Assembly (NCBI GenBank): GCA_026014495.1
Contig: JAOZIF010000013.1
Location: 1-59,230, forward strand
Source: Candidatus Bathyarchaeum sp.
GTDB taxonomy: Archaea > Thermoproteota > Bathyarchaeia > Bathyarchaeales > Bathyarchaeaceae
Direction: 5' to 3'
Length of the DNA stretch: 59,230 bases
Both the position numbers and the translations under genes were made by a program. Each line of letters begins with the position of its first letter. Position 1 is the stretch's first letter. Under the pieces are notes generated by a model. That model ran no database searches and was not told the origin of the DNA. It saw only the letters and a list, made by a program, of their open reading frames with translations. Below are positions 36,872 to 47,700 of the stretch, in pieces.

Positions 36872-37270
36872 TTATGATAGTAGTTTGACGTTTCTCCAGC
36901 CTCTTCCGCCCTTTTTTTGTTGCTGACCTTTTTTATGGGTTGGTTTGGGTGGAGTGTATGTTCTTTTTGGTGTGGTTTTTTGTTTTTGTATGTTGTTTCG
37001 GATGAATTTTCCCCATCCGCCTACTGTAGTGTTTGGAACGATTGCTTTTGTTGTGTTTGGTCCAAGGTAGCCTTCTACTATGTCAAAGAATTCTAGAGGT
37101 TTGTAGTCTCTTGTTGCTTTGATTACTGTTCCTTGTTCGACAAATAGTTTTGAGTAGTCTTGTTGGGCGATTCCTTCTGCTCTTATTTTGTCGTCTAGTC
37201 TGTTTTGCCATAGATGTTTCCAGTCAGTTCTTAGTTCATCAACGAATTCTTTTATTTCAGTACGTTCCAT
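36872..37270 (-). CDS. Hypothetical protein
   Basis: 132 aa with conserved-looking W-rich motifs (LWQNRLDDK, GGWGKF, GGRGW) and a basic C-terminus. Confidence 0.7.
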   Translation of the reverse strand: MERTEIKEFVDELRTDWKHLWQNRLDDKIRAEGIAQQDYSKLFVEQGTVIKATRDYKPLEFFDIVEGYLGPNTTKAIVPNTTVGGWGKFIRNNIQKQKTTPKRTYTPPKPTHKKGQQQKKGGRGWRNVKLLS

Positions 37271-37514
37271 TCTTTTTTCCTCAGTGACCTGTTATGTGCG
37301 TGTGTTGCATTATCGTCTTGTTATTTTATTGAATATAAGGACATAAGAAAGGAAATTCCTTACCAGATTTCTATACTTTTTTTATAGAACTAAAATCTAG
37401 AAAATTGTAAACGCTTTTCTATAGGTTTTTAAAAGACGAAAAATATGAAAAACAACTTCACAACACACTTATGCCCAACTGACAACAACTTCAATTCTCA
37501 AAAGAGGACACCAA

Positions 37515-37748
37515 ATGTCAACAATCGACAAAATCCTGTTCTTACTCAAAGACGGCAAATGGCACGACTTAAACGAAATCACACAAAAAGTCACCTCGTC
37601 AAAAACCAAATCAGAAATGGCTGTTAATTTCCTAAAAGAATATGACTTTATTAAACAAAACCAAGACACAAAAGTTAAACTTCAACCCACAATACTCAAC
37701 TTCATCACAACACTTCAACGCCTCGAAACCGAAGAACAAACTAATTAA
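37515..37748 (+). CDS. Small winged-helix protein
   Basis: ILFLLKDGKWHDLNEI...FLKEYDFI pattern. Confidence 0.65.
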   Translation: MSTIDKILFLLKDGKWHDLNEITQKVTSSKTKSEMAVNFLKEYDFIKQNQDTKVKLQPTILNFITTLQRLETEEQTN

Positions 37749-37833
37749 CCCTTTTACAAAAAGCAGACTTACAAATTTCTTTAACATAAGTTAATTACCA
37801 TTTAGCTGCTACTATACACCCGGAGTAGTCACT

Positions 37834-38916
37834 ATGATTGCTGATGGGCTGAAATTGTTTGTCAAAATGTTTCTTGTAATCACAGTGATTTTCACGGTTT
37901 TCTTTTTCTTTCTCTCCATTGTCTTGGGGCCTGTACTATTCTATTTCACACCTGATGGGTTAACCACCAGCATGCTTTACTTGTCAGCTCTACCCGTCTG
38001 GTTCTTCACTGCAACAATATACATTCCAATAGAACTTAATTTAGGCGTACTTTTCCTAAGCCTCTGGAGCATATTCACTTTGAGCTTTGTTGCGGCTTGG
38101 AAACTAAACGAAAACTTCCATCAAACTCTCAAAGAAAGCCTCACCAAACCCACAAGAAAACTCTTAAACAGTTCCCTATTTGCCCTGCCCATCATAAGCA
38201 GCATGACATACATTGCTGTTGTAGTAATCCAAAGCGTTCAAGAAGCAGGAGGAATCCCAACAGGAACCACGCCCCTGCCCGGAGACCCATTCATGGATTT
38301 TTTAGACCTCTCCTACTCTGCCGTGATTGAAGAAATCATTTTTCGTTTAATTCCAATCGGAGCCTTCCTGATCATCCACTTATTCATAACTAAGAAAACA
38401 GAACTGGTTTCTTTGAAACAAAAACTCAAACTGTTTTTCACGGCAATTTTGCTTCCCGATCACGCCAAAAGAATGGCTGGAACAAAAACAGTAGCTGACC
38501 ACGGAATCATCCGCGGAATCAGCCCAAGCGAATGGGGCATGGTTATTATCACTTCAGTAATTTTTGGCTTAGTTCACTTTGACCCCGGAGTTAGCTGGGA
38601 GATTGGAAAAGTCAGCTCAGCCACATTTGCAGGCCTAGTTATCGCCTTATGCTATCTAGTATATGGCGTCCATGTATCAATACTCATGCATTGGTTCTTT
38701 AACTCTTACACTGAAACCTTCATTCTTCTTTCAGATTTTTACCCTACAACAATACCGCTTGTTAATGCCGTAACTCTTACAATCCTTATTCTTGGCATTC
38801 TCGGGTGGATTGTACTGCTAACTTTAGGCTACCTCAAGTTGATTAGGACACTTCTAAAAAAAGACAAAAACCAGCAAACACAAACTACGTCGAGTCCATC
38901 AATATCACTTCAATGA
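37834..38916 (+). CDS. CPBP (CAAX/Abi) intramembrane metalloprotease
   Basis: EEIIFR, FGLVH, HWFFN motifs; multi-TM. Confidence 0.88.
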   Translation: MIADGLKLFVKMFLVITVIFTVFFFFLSIVLGPVLFYFTPDGLTTSMLYLSALPVWFFTATIYIPIELNLGVLFLSLWSIFTLSFVAAWKLNENFHQTLKESLTKPTRKLLNSSLFALPIISSMTYIAVVVIQSVQEAGGIPTGTTPLPGDPFMDFLDLSYSAVIEEIIFRLIPIGAFLIIHLFITKKTELVSLKQKLKLFFTAILLPDHAKRMAGTKTVADHGIIRGISPSEWGMVIITSVIFGLVHFDPGVSWEIGKVSSATFAGLVIALCYLVYGVHVSILMHWFFNSYTETFILLSDFYPTTIPLVNAVTLTILILGILGWIVLLTLGYLKLIRTLLKKDKNQQTQTTSSPSISLQ

Positions 38917-40174
38917 GATTGCTGATTTTAACCGTTTGTTGGCGGTTCTTTTTCATTTGCTTCAGAACAACCTTTTGTTCCTCAAGTTCCTTGGGGCCAA
39001 CAATCACAGCGTAGGCAACGCCCCTTCTGTTAGCATCCGCCAAAGCCTTTGATATAGAACGACCCATAACAGCAACTTCCACAAATAACCCCTTGTTTCT
39101 AAGCATCGCAGCAAGCTCCAACACTTTTGCCATACACTCGTCCTTTACGGATATGACAGCAACACTGTTTGTTGATGTTTCTTGGGTGACTTTTTGTTTT
39201 GTTAATGCTAAAACAATTCGGTCTATTCCTTGGGCAACCCCAACAGCGGGAATTGGTTCGCCTCCAAAGAGCTCAATTAGCTTATCATAGCGCCCTCCGC
39301 CGCCCAAGGCAATGTCAAGACCCGGAACATATGACTCAAAAATCATTCCTGTATAGTATTCCAAGCCCCTGGCAAAGCCCGCTTCAACTGTTACATCTAC
39401 TTGTGCTCCGCTCTCCTGTATTAGCTCAAGTATTTTCCACAGATTGTCTACGGCATCAACAGCGCTCTCATACTCTTGAATGCTGTCTTTGATTTGCTCT
39501 AGAACCTGAAAAGCATCTTCACCTTTTATTTCAAGCAAACTCTCTAGCGTCGCTAGACCCTTTTGTGAAATACCTGCGTTGCTGGCAAGCTCAAGAGCGT
39601 CAGCCCAAAGTTTCTTGTCCAGAAGCTGCCTTACGCTGTTTTGTTTTTCGTCATCCAGCCCTTCTTGTGTCAGTATTCCCCGTAGGATTCCTGTGTGCCC
39701 AACTTTGAAGCGATAATTTTTGAGTCCCAACTTCTTGAGGATGTTGTTGGTGAGTATCAGGATTTCTGCGTCTGCTTCTGGTCTTGCAGAACCAAAAAGT
39801 TCGTAGTTTGCTTGCCAAAACTCTCGGAACCGTCCATACTGGGGCTCATCGTAGCGGTAAAGGCTGCCGACACTAAAGAGCCGCATTGGTTTGGGCTCGT
39901 TTTTAAGTTTGTTAACTACCAAGCGGGCAACAGAGGCAGTGAATTCTGGACGCATGGCCACCTTTCTGTCTCCAAGGTCTTTGAAGGTGTACATTCGTTC
40001 ACGGATTTCCTCGCTAGTTTTAGCCGCCAAAAGCTCATATGACTCCAAAACTGGAGTAATTATCTCCTCGTAGCCGTAAAGCTTAGAGATTGTTCTAGAA
40101 ACCTGCTCAACATAACGCATTCTCTGCGCGTCCACGGGAAGCAGGTCTCTCATTCCGCGAACAGTCTTGAACAC
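38885..40174 (-). CDS. hisS: Histidine--tRNA ligase
   Basis: RGMRD, MRPEFTA, YRYDEPQYGRFREF, RGLEYYTG, GGGRYD. Confidence 0.98.
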   Translation of the reverse strand: MFKTVRGMRDLLPVDAQRMRYVEQVSRTISKLYGYEEIITPVLESYELLAAKTSEEIRERMYTFKDLGDRKVAMRPEFTASVARLVVNKLKNEPKPMRLFSVGSLYRYDEPQYGRFREFWQANYELFGSARPEADAEILILTNNILKKLGLKNYRFKVGHTGILRGILTQEGLDDEKQNSVRQLLDKKLWADALELASNAGISQKGLATLESLLEIKGEDAFQVLEQIKDSIQEYESAVDAVDNLWKILELIQESGAQVDVTVEAGFARGLEYYTGMIFESYVPGLDIALGGGGRYDKLIELFGGEPIPAVGVAQGIDRIVLALTKQKVTQETSTNSVAVISVKDECMAKVLELAAMLRNKGLFVEVAVMGRSISKALADANRRGVAYAVIVGPKELEEQKVVLKQMKKNRQQTVKISNLIEVILMDST

Positions 40175-40191
40175 TCCATCTCACCAATATG

Positions 40192-40773
40192 CTATTTTAG
40201 ATTAAGCTCTGACAAAGAATAGTAAACAATTTCGCCCCTACGATTAATAACCGCAAGAATCAAGTTTTTCTTCAAATTCTGAACATACCGCTGAGTTCTC
40301 GCCAGCTTCTCCACAGAAACAGACTGCCCCTCCTGTATGCCAAAAATAATGTGCTTGGCAGTTCCTTTACCATAATCTCCGCGCTCGTAGACGCGAAAAT
40401 CCATTCCCAACCCGAAGCCTTCCCGAGCAACATATCCGCGGCTTCTTAGGTCCCTGTAAATAAGATACCTTACCCATGCATCTTTGTCAACTAACTGGAA
40501 ACGCTTGAGCAGTTCCTGAAAAACCAGCTTTTTTCCAGTTTTCTTGTCTTTGACTTCTAGGGCTCCTTTGCCCAAAAGAAACAGGGCTTCATAGAAACTA
40601 AGGTTCAGCTTGCCGTTTTCCTCTACGCCGTAGCCTTTTGATGAAAACTCTTCAATTCCTTCAACTGAAGAGACAGTGACAACATCCTCTTTCAGAGAAG
40701 CGGCAATTGGCATTTCAATTTCTGGGCTTTTCTCAGCCTCAACTTCAGATTTATCCAACAGCAAAACCTTCAA
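40192..40773 (-). CDS. endA: tRNA splicing endonuclease subunit, probably structural (non-catalytic)
   Basis: LSFYEALFL, YRDLRSRGY, DFRVYERG, LAVINRRGEIVYY; the catalytic His position reads T. Confidence 0.88.
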   Translation of the reverse strand: MKVLLLDKSEVEAEKSPEIEMPIAASLKEDVVTVSSVEGIEEFSSKGYGVEENGKLNLSFYEALFLLGKGALEVKDKKTGKKLVFQELLKRFQLVDKDAWVRYLIYRDLRSRGYVAREGFGLGMDFRVYERGDYGKGTAKHIIFGIQEGQSVSVEKLARTQRYVQNLKKNLILAVINRRGEIVYYSLSELNLK

Positions 40774-40914
40774 TTCTCTACATATCCAGCTTATTCATAG
40801 GGTCTTAAGATTTTAATCTTTAGCTACTAGAGATTTAGACACTTTGTGATTTACCCGAAGGAAAACTGAAATTGTTTAACAACTGTTAATAGCAATTTTT
40901 GTGTCATTTATTTT

Positions 40915-42111
40915 ATGACTGCCCATTCTGATGAATCTGAAAGCAGTTCACCCCATAGATTGTTTATCCCTTCATTAGTGATGGCCTGTTTTGCTACTGT
41001 AACCTTAAGCCTTATGTTGAGTTATCTTCTTATCGATATCGCCTCTACCTTTCAAGTATCCTTAGGCAAAGCAAGCCAAACATCGCTTTTCTCCAGTATT
41101 ACAGTTGTAATTACAGCGTTAATACTGACCTTTTTGAGCCTTCGATTCAAACAAAAATCTCTGATAATAATAGGCCTAATCTGTATGCTAAGCTCAGGCA
41201 TAGGCTGCTTTTTTGCCCCCACACTAAATTTACTGTACTTGAGTTACTCCTTGCAAGGAGTTGCAAGTGTCATGGTGTTTCCAATGGCACTTGCATTAGT
41301 TGGAAATACCTATCCGACACAAAAACGAGCTAAAGCAGTAAGTTATCTAGTCGCTGCTGCATCCTTCTCTAATCTTGTGGTCGTTTGCTTAACAGGTCTT
41401 ATAGCAACCAATTTTGGATGGCGATTTATTCCGTTACTATTTGCTGTGCCTGCTTCCAGTGTGGCGTTGGTTTTGGTTTTCTTATTTGTTCCTTCTTATT
41501 CAGAGAACTCTTTAGCTGTTACCTCAACAGACTATTTGAAAAAAATCAAAAGCATTCTTTCAAACAGGTCTGCGACAGCTTGCTTTATTGGAAATAGTTT
41601 AAGAACTTCAGCACACATGGCAATTAGCCTTTTTGGGGTTTCCTTTTATCGACAGCGTTTTTTGATTACCATGGGCCAGTCAACGGTACTCATGTTGGGA
41701 GGTACACTCTTGTTTATTGTTGGCACTCTAATTTCAGGAAATATTTCAAGCAGATTCGGGAAAAAGCCTCTAACAATATTTAGTTCTGCTTTAGCTGGTT
41801 TATTCATAATTTGCCTCTATTACATGCCAAATTTTTGGTTTGCATTGCCCTTTGATTATTTAGCATTGTTTTTCTTTGGATTAGCCAGTTCAGCAGCGCT
41901 AAGTCATACTTTAGACCAAGTTCCAACATCTCGTTCCACATTGATGTCACTCAACACCGTTTTTGGAGCTTTAGGAACGGCTATAGCCCCCACACTAGGG
42001 GGAACAATACTTGATGCGTTTTCATTTGAGGCAATGGGGCTTACATTGGGCGCCTTGGGAGCAATAGCCGCCATTGTATTCGTTTTTACAAAAGAACAAA
42101 ACAGCAAATGA
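40915..42111 (+). CDS. MFS transporter
   Basis: About 12 TM helices, degenerate motif A (SSRFGKK), GWRFIP. Confidence 0.88.
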   Translation: MTAHSDESESSSPHRLFIPSLVMACFATVTLSLMLSYLLIDIASTFQVSLGKASQTSLFSSITVVITALILTFLSLRFKQKSLIIIGLICMLSSGIGCFFAPTLNLLYLSYSLQGVASVMVFPMALALVGNTYPTQKRAKAVSYLVAAASFSNLVVVCLTGLIATNFGWRFIPLLFAVPASSVALVLVFLFVPSYSENSLAVTSTDYLKKIKSILSNRSATACFIGNSLRTSAHMAISLFGVSFYRQRFLITMGQSTVLMLGGTLLFIVGTLISGNISSRFGKKPLTIFSSALAGLFIICLYYMPNFWFALPFDYLALFFFGLASSAALSHTLDQVPTSRSTLMSLNTVFGALGTAIAPTLGGTILDAFSFEAMGLTLGALGAIAAIVFVFTKEQNSK

Positions 42112-42328
42112 TGGGTAAGTTACGTGTCATTGTTATGCAGTTCTCACAAATAATCCGTCTGTTTATGTCCTTGATATTTGCTTTTTTGGGAATAAATTGT
42201 CGAAACTGTTTCATATCCACTTGAAGTACCCCTTTTGGAAGTGAGCTTTCTTGGATTTCTTTGGAAAAACAGGGATGGAACTGAATAAAAAATGGCGTTT
42301 TTTCATAGTTTTTTAGATTGTGGGTCAT
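42086..42328 (-). CDS. Possible small hypothetical protein
   Basis: 80 aa with CENC; TATATA about 25 nt upstream fits a leaderless start; 3' end overlaps the MFS gene. Confidence 0.3.
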   Translation of the reverse strand: MTHNLKNYEKTPFFIQFHPCFSKEIQESSLPKGVLQVDMKQFRQFIPKKANIKDINRRIICENCITMTRNLPIICCFVLL

Positions 42329-42481
42329 TTTTTTGAATTCCCAGACACTATATATGTAACCGTATGGTATATTGACCTGTAGAATCTCTTAGTGAACGTC
42401 GACAAAACGGTTTGTTCTGGTAGTCGTTTATTTTTGGGTATTCTCCTTTAGAAACAATGGAAAAAGATTGTTGATAATTAT

Positions 42482-42715
42482 ATGAAAAGAAGTCAGAGAA
42501 ATGCTAAGAATAGACGTGCCAGACACGTTAGATGCCCTGTTGAGGTGGGGACTGAATATACAGTGGATATAACAGAAACGACCCCTAATGGGGCAGGTCT
42601 CTGTAGAATCAAAGGCTTCTTAGTTTTAGTTAATGCCCCAAAAATTGGGAACTGCATAACTGTAAGAATAACAAAGACAGAACCTATGAGTGCAGAAGCG
42701 GAAATAGTCCAATAG
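42482..42715 (+). CDS. Stand-alone TRAM domain protein
   Basis: PVEVGTEYTVDI, GAGLCRIKGFLVLV, VRITK. Confidence 0.85.
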   Translation: MKRSQRNAKNRRARHVRCPVEVGTEYTVDITETTPNGAGLCRIKGFLVLVNAPKIGNCITVRITKTEPMSAEAEIVQ

Positions 42716-42779
42716 AATTCGTGTCTATGCGTGAGTTAAGATTTAGCGTTTAACCCTAAATTCATAGTTCAGCAAAAAA

Positions 42780-42828
42780 CTAATTAGTCTGATGTTAGAT
42801 AAAGTCTAATTGGAGACTAAGTCTAAAA
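42780..42828 (+). promoter_or_regulatory. Operator-like array with 17-bp period upstream of a wHTH gene
   Basis: AGTCT starts at 42786, 42803 and 42820; the third unit is the palindrome AGACT-A-AGTCT. Confidence 0.5.
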
Positions 42829-43194
42829 ATGAGACCTGCTAGTTTTTCAAAATATGATGTTGCCCTCTTTATTGATGACAACGGAAAAACACGGTGGACA
42901 CATCTTCTCAAAGAGTTTGTTGAAAACGGGTCAGAAAAGCACATCTCAAGACAACGATTATCTGATTATCTAAAAGAGTTAGTTGATGAAGGGCTAGTCA
43001 CAAAAACAGTTGACCCACGCGCATTAATGTTCAAAATGTACTGGCGCGTATACCCAATTTACACCGTGCCTAAAAGCAGAACAAAGAGACTGCAAGAAAT
43101 CAGGAACAAAAAAAAGTTGCTAGAGTTCATTGACTCTGCAAACCCAGAAGAAATCAAAAAACTACAAGAACACATTAAAGATTCCACTCTTTAA
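42829..43194 (+). CDS. Winged-helix DNA-binding protein
   Basis: ISRQRLSDYLKELVDEGLVTK recognition helix and wing. Confidence 0.75.
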   Translation: MRPASFSKYDVALFIDDNGKTRWTHLLKEFVENGSEKHISRQRLSDYLKELVDEGLVTKTVDPRALMFKMYWRVYPIYTVPKSRTKRLQEIRNKKKLLEFIDSANPEEIKKLQEHIKDSTL

Positions 43195-43215
43195 TCAAAC
43201 AAAAAGCTGCAAAAA

Positions 43216-44304
43216 TTAATCCTTGGTTTCTTCTTCCAGTTCTTTGAAGAGCGTTTTTTGTTTGCGTGACAGTTTTGTTGGCGTTTCTGCGGTCACTTCA
43301 ACAAACTGGTCGCCTTTGCCAAATCCGTGAAAATGAGGTAGCCCCTTGTTTCGCAGCTTGAACAGTGTTCCAGTTTGAGTTCCTGCGGGTATCTTTAGTT
43401 TTGTTTCCCCATACAGTGTGGGCACAAAGATTTTTGATCCCAATGCCAGTTTAGGAAAACTAACTTTTGCTTGGTAATAGATGTGGTCTCCTCTTCTAAC
43501 AAACTGTTTGTGGGGTTTAACATGCAAAACAACATACAAGTCGCCTCTTTGACCTGTGGTATTGCTGGGTGCTCCTTCTCCTGCAAGCCTGAGGCTGTTT
43601 CCCTCATCAACTCCAGCAGGAATATTGAGCATAATCTTTCTAAGCCCCCGAACTGCACCTGCACCTTTACATGCACCACAAAGATTCTCGGCAGGTACAC
43701 CTTTGCCGTGACATTTTGGGCACACTTGAACTTCTGCAAACCGCATAAAAGCTAAGGTTCTAATGATTTTAATCTCACCGTTTCCGCCGCACTCTGTACA
43801 TTTTTTTGCATCAGCTCCCTTTTTGATTCCGCTGCCGCCGCAGGTGCTGCATGACTCAAAACCTTGCATCTCAACCTCTTTTTTTAATCCAAAAGCAACA
43901 TCTTCCAAGGTTATTGTTAGGTCATATCTGAGGTCTGAACCTTTCCGACTGCCTCCTCGACCCCCTCCGCCTCTTCCAAACAGTACGTCAAAGATGTTCT
44001 CAAAACCGCCAAAACCTGCATTCCTAAAAATTGACTCAAAGTCTGCGCCCCTAAAGATGTCTTCTGCACTGTATTTGCCGTTTATTCCAGCGTGACCAAA
44101 ACGGTCGTATTGGCTACGTTTCTCATCATCAGACAACACTGCATAGGCTTCAGATATTTCTTTAAACTGGGCTTCAGCCTCCGGAGCCTTGTTTCTGTCG
44201 GGGTGATACTTCAAAGCAAGCTTTCGGTAAGCTTTCTTGATGTCCTCTTTAGGTGCATCCTTAGCGACATTTAGAACCTCGTAGTAATCTCGTTTTTGGG
44301 TCAT
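43216..44304 (-). CDS. dnaJ: Chaperone DnaJ
   Basis: J domain with HPD, G/F region, four CxxCxGxG repeats. Confidence 0.98.
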   Translation of the reverse strand: MTQKRDYYEVLNVAKDAPKEDIKKAYRKLALKYHPDRNKAPEAEAQFKEISEAYAVLSDDEKRSQYDRFGHAGINGKYSAEDIFRGADFESIFRNAGFGGFENIFDVLFGRGGGGRGGSRKGSDLRYDLTITLEDVAFGLKKEVEMQGFESCSTCGGSGIKKGADAKKCTECGGNGEIKIIRTLAFMRFAEVQVCPKCHGKGVPAENLCGACKGAGAVRGLRKIMLNIPAGVDEGNSLRLAGEGAPSNTTGQRGDLYVVLHVKPHKQFVRRGDHIYYQAKVSFPKLALGSKIFVPTLYGETKLKIPAGTQTGTLFKLRNKGLPHFHGFGKGDQFVEVTAETPTKLSRKQKTLFKELEEETKD

Positions 44305-44338
44305 TTGGTAATCAGCCTAAAGGTGCACCTTGCAAAGG

Positions 44339-46201
44339 TTACTTCTCGTCTTTAACGTCTTCGTATTCGGCATCAACAACCTTCTTGCCCGACTCATCTG
44401 TTTCTTCAGGTTTCTGAGCCGCCGCCTGAGCCGCTGCCGCCTGCTGATAAATAACAGTTCCAACCTCTTGCAGAACCTTCGAGAACGCCTCACTTTCTGC
44501 TTTAATCTTCTCAACATCGGTGCCATTTATTGCCTCACGCAGTTTAGCTGCCGCATCATCTATCTTCTGGATCTGGTCTTTGGTGAGTTTGTCGCCCAAA
44601 TCCGTTTTTGTCTTTTCAGCAGTATAAAGAAGCGAATCTGCGTTGTTACGAACCTCAACTTCCTCTTTACGTTTCTTGTCTTCCTCAGCGAACTGCTCAG
44701 ACTCTTTCATCATACGCTCTTTCTCGTTTTCAGACAACTTGGTTGAAGCAGTAATGGTGATTTTTTGTTCTTTTCCAGTAGCCAAGTCCTTGGCAGAAAC
44801 ATTCAGTATTCCGTCAGCATCAATGTCGTAGGAAACTTCAATTTGGGGAACACCTCTTGGAGCAGCAGGAATTCCTGTTAAATTGAATGTACCTAATGAG
44901 ACGTTGTCTGCTGCCATTGCTCGCTCTCCCTGCAAAACATTGATTGTCACCGCAGTTTGGAAGTCCGCGGCTGTCGAGAATATCTGGCTTTTCTTTGTTG
45001 GAATGGTTGTGTTACGTTCAATAATCTTTGTGAAGACGCCGCCCAATGTTTCAACGCCTAACGACAATGGCGTAACATCAAGTAGCAGCAAATCCTTTAC
45101 GTCGCCAGCTAAAACACCGCCTTGAATTGCAGCGCCTACCGCAACGCACTCCATGGGGTCAACTCCGCGTTCTGCCTGTTTGCCAAGCAAGTCTTCAACA
45201 AACTTTTTGACAAGAGGCATTCTGGTTTGACCGCCAATAAGGATGATTTTGTCAATGTCTTTTGGCTCAAGTTTTGCGTCTTTTAGGGTTCTTAGTATTG
45301 GGTCTCTAATTCTCTCTACTATTGGTGTGGCTAGCTGCTCAAGCTTAGCGCGCGTAAGCGTTATGTGCAAGTGCTTAGGTCCATTTGCGTCAGAAGCGAT
45401 GAAAGGCAGATTAATGTCTGTGTTCACAAGAGTTGAAAGCTCTATCTTTGCGTTCTCTGCCCCCTCTTTTAGTCTACGCAACGCCATAGGGTCGCCGCTA
45501 AGGTCAATGCCTTCCTTAGTTTTGAATTCGTTCAAAAGATAATTGACTACCGTCTTGTCTACGTCAGTTCCTCCAAGCTGTGTATCACCGCTGGTAGATA
45601 AGACCTCAAAGACTCCTGTGCCAAAATCCATGATTGTAGTGTCGTTGGTTCCGCCACCAAAACTAAAGACAAGAATCTTCATTTCATTTTCAGTTTTATC
45701 CAGACCATACGCTAACGAGGCTGCTGTTGGCTCATTAATTATACGAGAAACCTCAAAACCAGCAATCTCGCCTGCATCCTTAGTAGCCTGCCTCTGGTTG
45801 TCATTAAAGTGGGCAGGAACCGTGATTACACATTTGCTGATTTTTTCGCCCAGAAAAGTTTCAGCATCACGCTTTATCTTCTGCAAAATAAACGCCGAAA
45901 TCTGCTGAGGAGTATAATCTTTTCCATGAATCGTAACTTTCTCGTTTGTTCCCATCTTCCGTTTTATCTCAAAGATGGAGCCTTCCGCGTTTGTAACTGC
46001 CTGCCTTTTTGCTGGCTCTCCCACAAGCAGTTGTCCCTCTTTTGTGAAAGCCACTACTGACGGAAACATTTTGCCCGCAAGAGTGGGTCCTTCCGCGCTG
46101 GGAATTGTTACTGGTCTGCCAGCTTCCATGATAGCGGCAGCTGAGTTTGTTGTTCCAAGGTCTATTCCTAAAATTTTTTCACGTTTTTCTTTTTCACTCA
46201 T
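44339..46201 (-). CDS. dnaK: Chaperone DnaK (Hsp70)
   Basis: [30 protein letters not shown]; phosphate-2 motif is atypical (FSFGGGTND). Confidence 0.98.
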   Translation of the reverse strand: MSEKEKREKILGIDLGTTNSAAAIMEAGRPVTIPSAEGPTLAGKMFPSVVAFTKEGQLLVGEPAKRQAVTNAEGSIFEIKRKMGTNEKVTIHGKDYTPQQISAFILQKIKRDAETFLGEKISKCVITVPAHFNDNQRQATKDAGEIAGFEVSRIINEPTAASLAYGLDKTENEMKILVFSFGGGTNDTTIMDFGTGVFEVLSTSGDTQLGGTDVDKTVVNYLLNEFKTKEGIDLSGDPMALRRLKEGAENAKIELSTLVNTDINLPFIASDANGPKHLHITLTRAKLEQLATPIVERIRDPILRTLKDAKLEPKDIDKIILIGGQTRMPLVKKFVEDLLGKQAERGVDPMECVAVGAAIQGGVLAGDVKDLLLLDVTPLSLGVETLGGVFTKIIERNTTIPTKKSQIFSTAADFQTAVTINVLQGERAMAADNVSLGTFNLTGIPAAPRGVPQIEVSYDIDADGILNVSAKDLATGKEQKITITASTKLSENEKERMMKESEQFAEEDKKRKEEVEVRNNADSLLYTAEKTKTDLGDKLTKDQIQKIDDAAAKLREAINGTDVEKIKAESEAFSKVLQEVGTVIYQQAAAAQAAAQKPEETDESGKKVVDAEYEDVKDEK

Positions 46202-46721
46202 TTTCCTTTTCCTCTTTTTCTGTTATACAAGAAACGTTAACCATGCAGGGTCGAAGAACTCGTCCTTTAAACACAAAGCCCCGTCGGACTTCCTCAAGAA
46301 CTATGCCCTCTTCACAATCGCTTCGTGGTATACTGACCACTAGTTCATGAAGCTCTGGGTCAAAAGCCTTGCCCATAGCATCAATAGGCTCTAGTCCCTC
46401 TTTCTCTAGCATGCGCGTTAGGTTCTGATGAATCATTTCAACGCCCTCCAAGAGAACTGAAGCATCAGCAGCTTCTTTTCCTGATGCAAGGGCTCTTTCC
46501 AAGTCGTCTACTACACACAGGAGCGCCGCAACCAGCTTCTCATTGCTTCGAACAGTCAACTCTGTAACTTGTCTTTCTGTTCGTTTTCGATAATTCTCAA
46601 AGTCTGCCTGCAGATACTTTAGTCTCCTCAAATAATCCTGCGCTTTCTCTTGCTCTTCGGCTAGGCGCTGCTCTAAATCTTGTATCTGCTTTTGAGGTTC
46701 TTTGGAACTATCTTTAGTCAT
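46194..46721 (-). CDS. grpE: Nucleotide exchange factor GrpE
   Basis: [25 protein letters not shown]; directly upstream of dnaK. Confidence 0.96.
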   Translation of the reverse strand: MTKDSSKEPQKQIQDLEQRLAEEQEKAQDYLRRLKYLQADFENYRKRTERQVTELTVRSNEKLVAALLCVVDDLERALASGKEAADASVLLEGVEMIHQNLTRMLEKEGLEPIDAMGKAFDPELHELVVSIPRSDCEEGIVLEEVRRGFVFKGRVLRPCMVNVSCITEKEEKENE

Positions 46722-46917
46722 AAAATCACATTCTAGACGCTACGTATTAAATCTGTTCGAAAAGAATGAAAAAACTGAAGCTAATAATTTTTTCGATTTA
46801 TGGCTATGTACAGTTATTCAGTTGGTAAACAGCAAATTTGTTAATTGCAACCACACACCTTTAAGTGTGTAACAGAAAAGCATAAACTACATTTCGTAAG
46901 TTATTAGCGGGTGAATC

Positions 46918-47700
46918 GTGTTGTTTCTTGAACAGAACTTGGCAAAATTAAATGAGCGACTTTCAAAACACGGTCTCCATCTTGAAAAACAAGGCGACAA
47001 AATTGTTGTGGTCGAAGAAGTAATGTATCGCCTAAACAATCGACCCCTCCTCAAAAAAGAACTAAGACAAGAATACGACCTAAGGTTCCAAGGCGATTAC
47101 TCCCCAAAATACTGGTACATCGGAAACGAAGGCATAAAAAAACTATCTAGCAGACTATTAAAAACCAAACCAACTAAACCAGCAGACGAACTAAAAACTA
47201 AACTGACAACTTTTATCGAACAAATAGAAAACACAGAAATAAAAAACGGAATCAAAAAACTTCTTGAAGAAAACCCATATTATTACAAGTGCCCAGCAGC
47301 AAAACGGTATCATCACGCATACAAACATGGGCTACTCGAACACACAACCCAAATCATTGACCTCGCCTTTGGGCTAATCAAAACATTTGATGACGGAATT
47401 CAGGTAAATAAGGACCTGATAATCGCGGGTTCAATACTCCATGACATTGGTAAAATTAACTGTTACAAACTTGTTGACGGCGGAATTGACGTTTGCTCTA
47501 CAATCTCTGAACAAGACCACATAGTTAACGGAGTGAAACTAGCATCACAATACATTCAATGTAACGAAGTTGACCAGCTATTACATATAATTGCCAGCCA
47601 CCACAAAGAGAAACAGTATGGCTCTCCAGTTAGTCCAATATCAAATGAAGCATGGATAATCTCCTTAACCGATGATTTATCCTCAAAAATCATGGGATAA
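46918..47700 (+). CDS. HD-domain protein, YhaM/Cbf1-like C-terminus with an unrecognised N-terminal domain
   Basis: CPAAKRYHHAYKHGLLEHT, ILHDIGK, ASHH, DDLSS. Confidence 0.85.
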   Translation: MLFLEQNLAKLNERLSKHGLHLEKQGDKIVVVEEVMYRLNNRPLLKKELRQEYDLRFQGDYSPKYWYIGNEGIKKLSSRLLKTKPTKPADELKTKLTTFIEQIENTEIKNGIKKLLEENPYYYKCPAAKRYHHAYKHGLLEHTTQIIDLAFGLIKTFDDGIQVNKDLIIAGSILHDIGKINCYKLVDGGIDVCSTISEQDHIVNGVKLASQYIQCNEVDQLLHIIASHHKEKQYGSPVSPISNEAWIISLTDDLSSKIMG

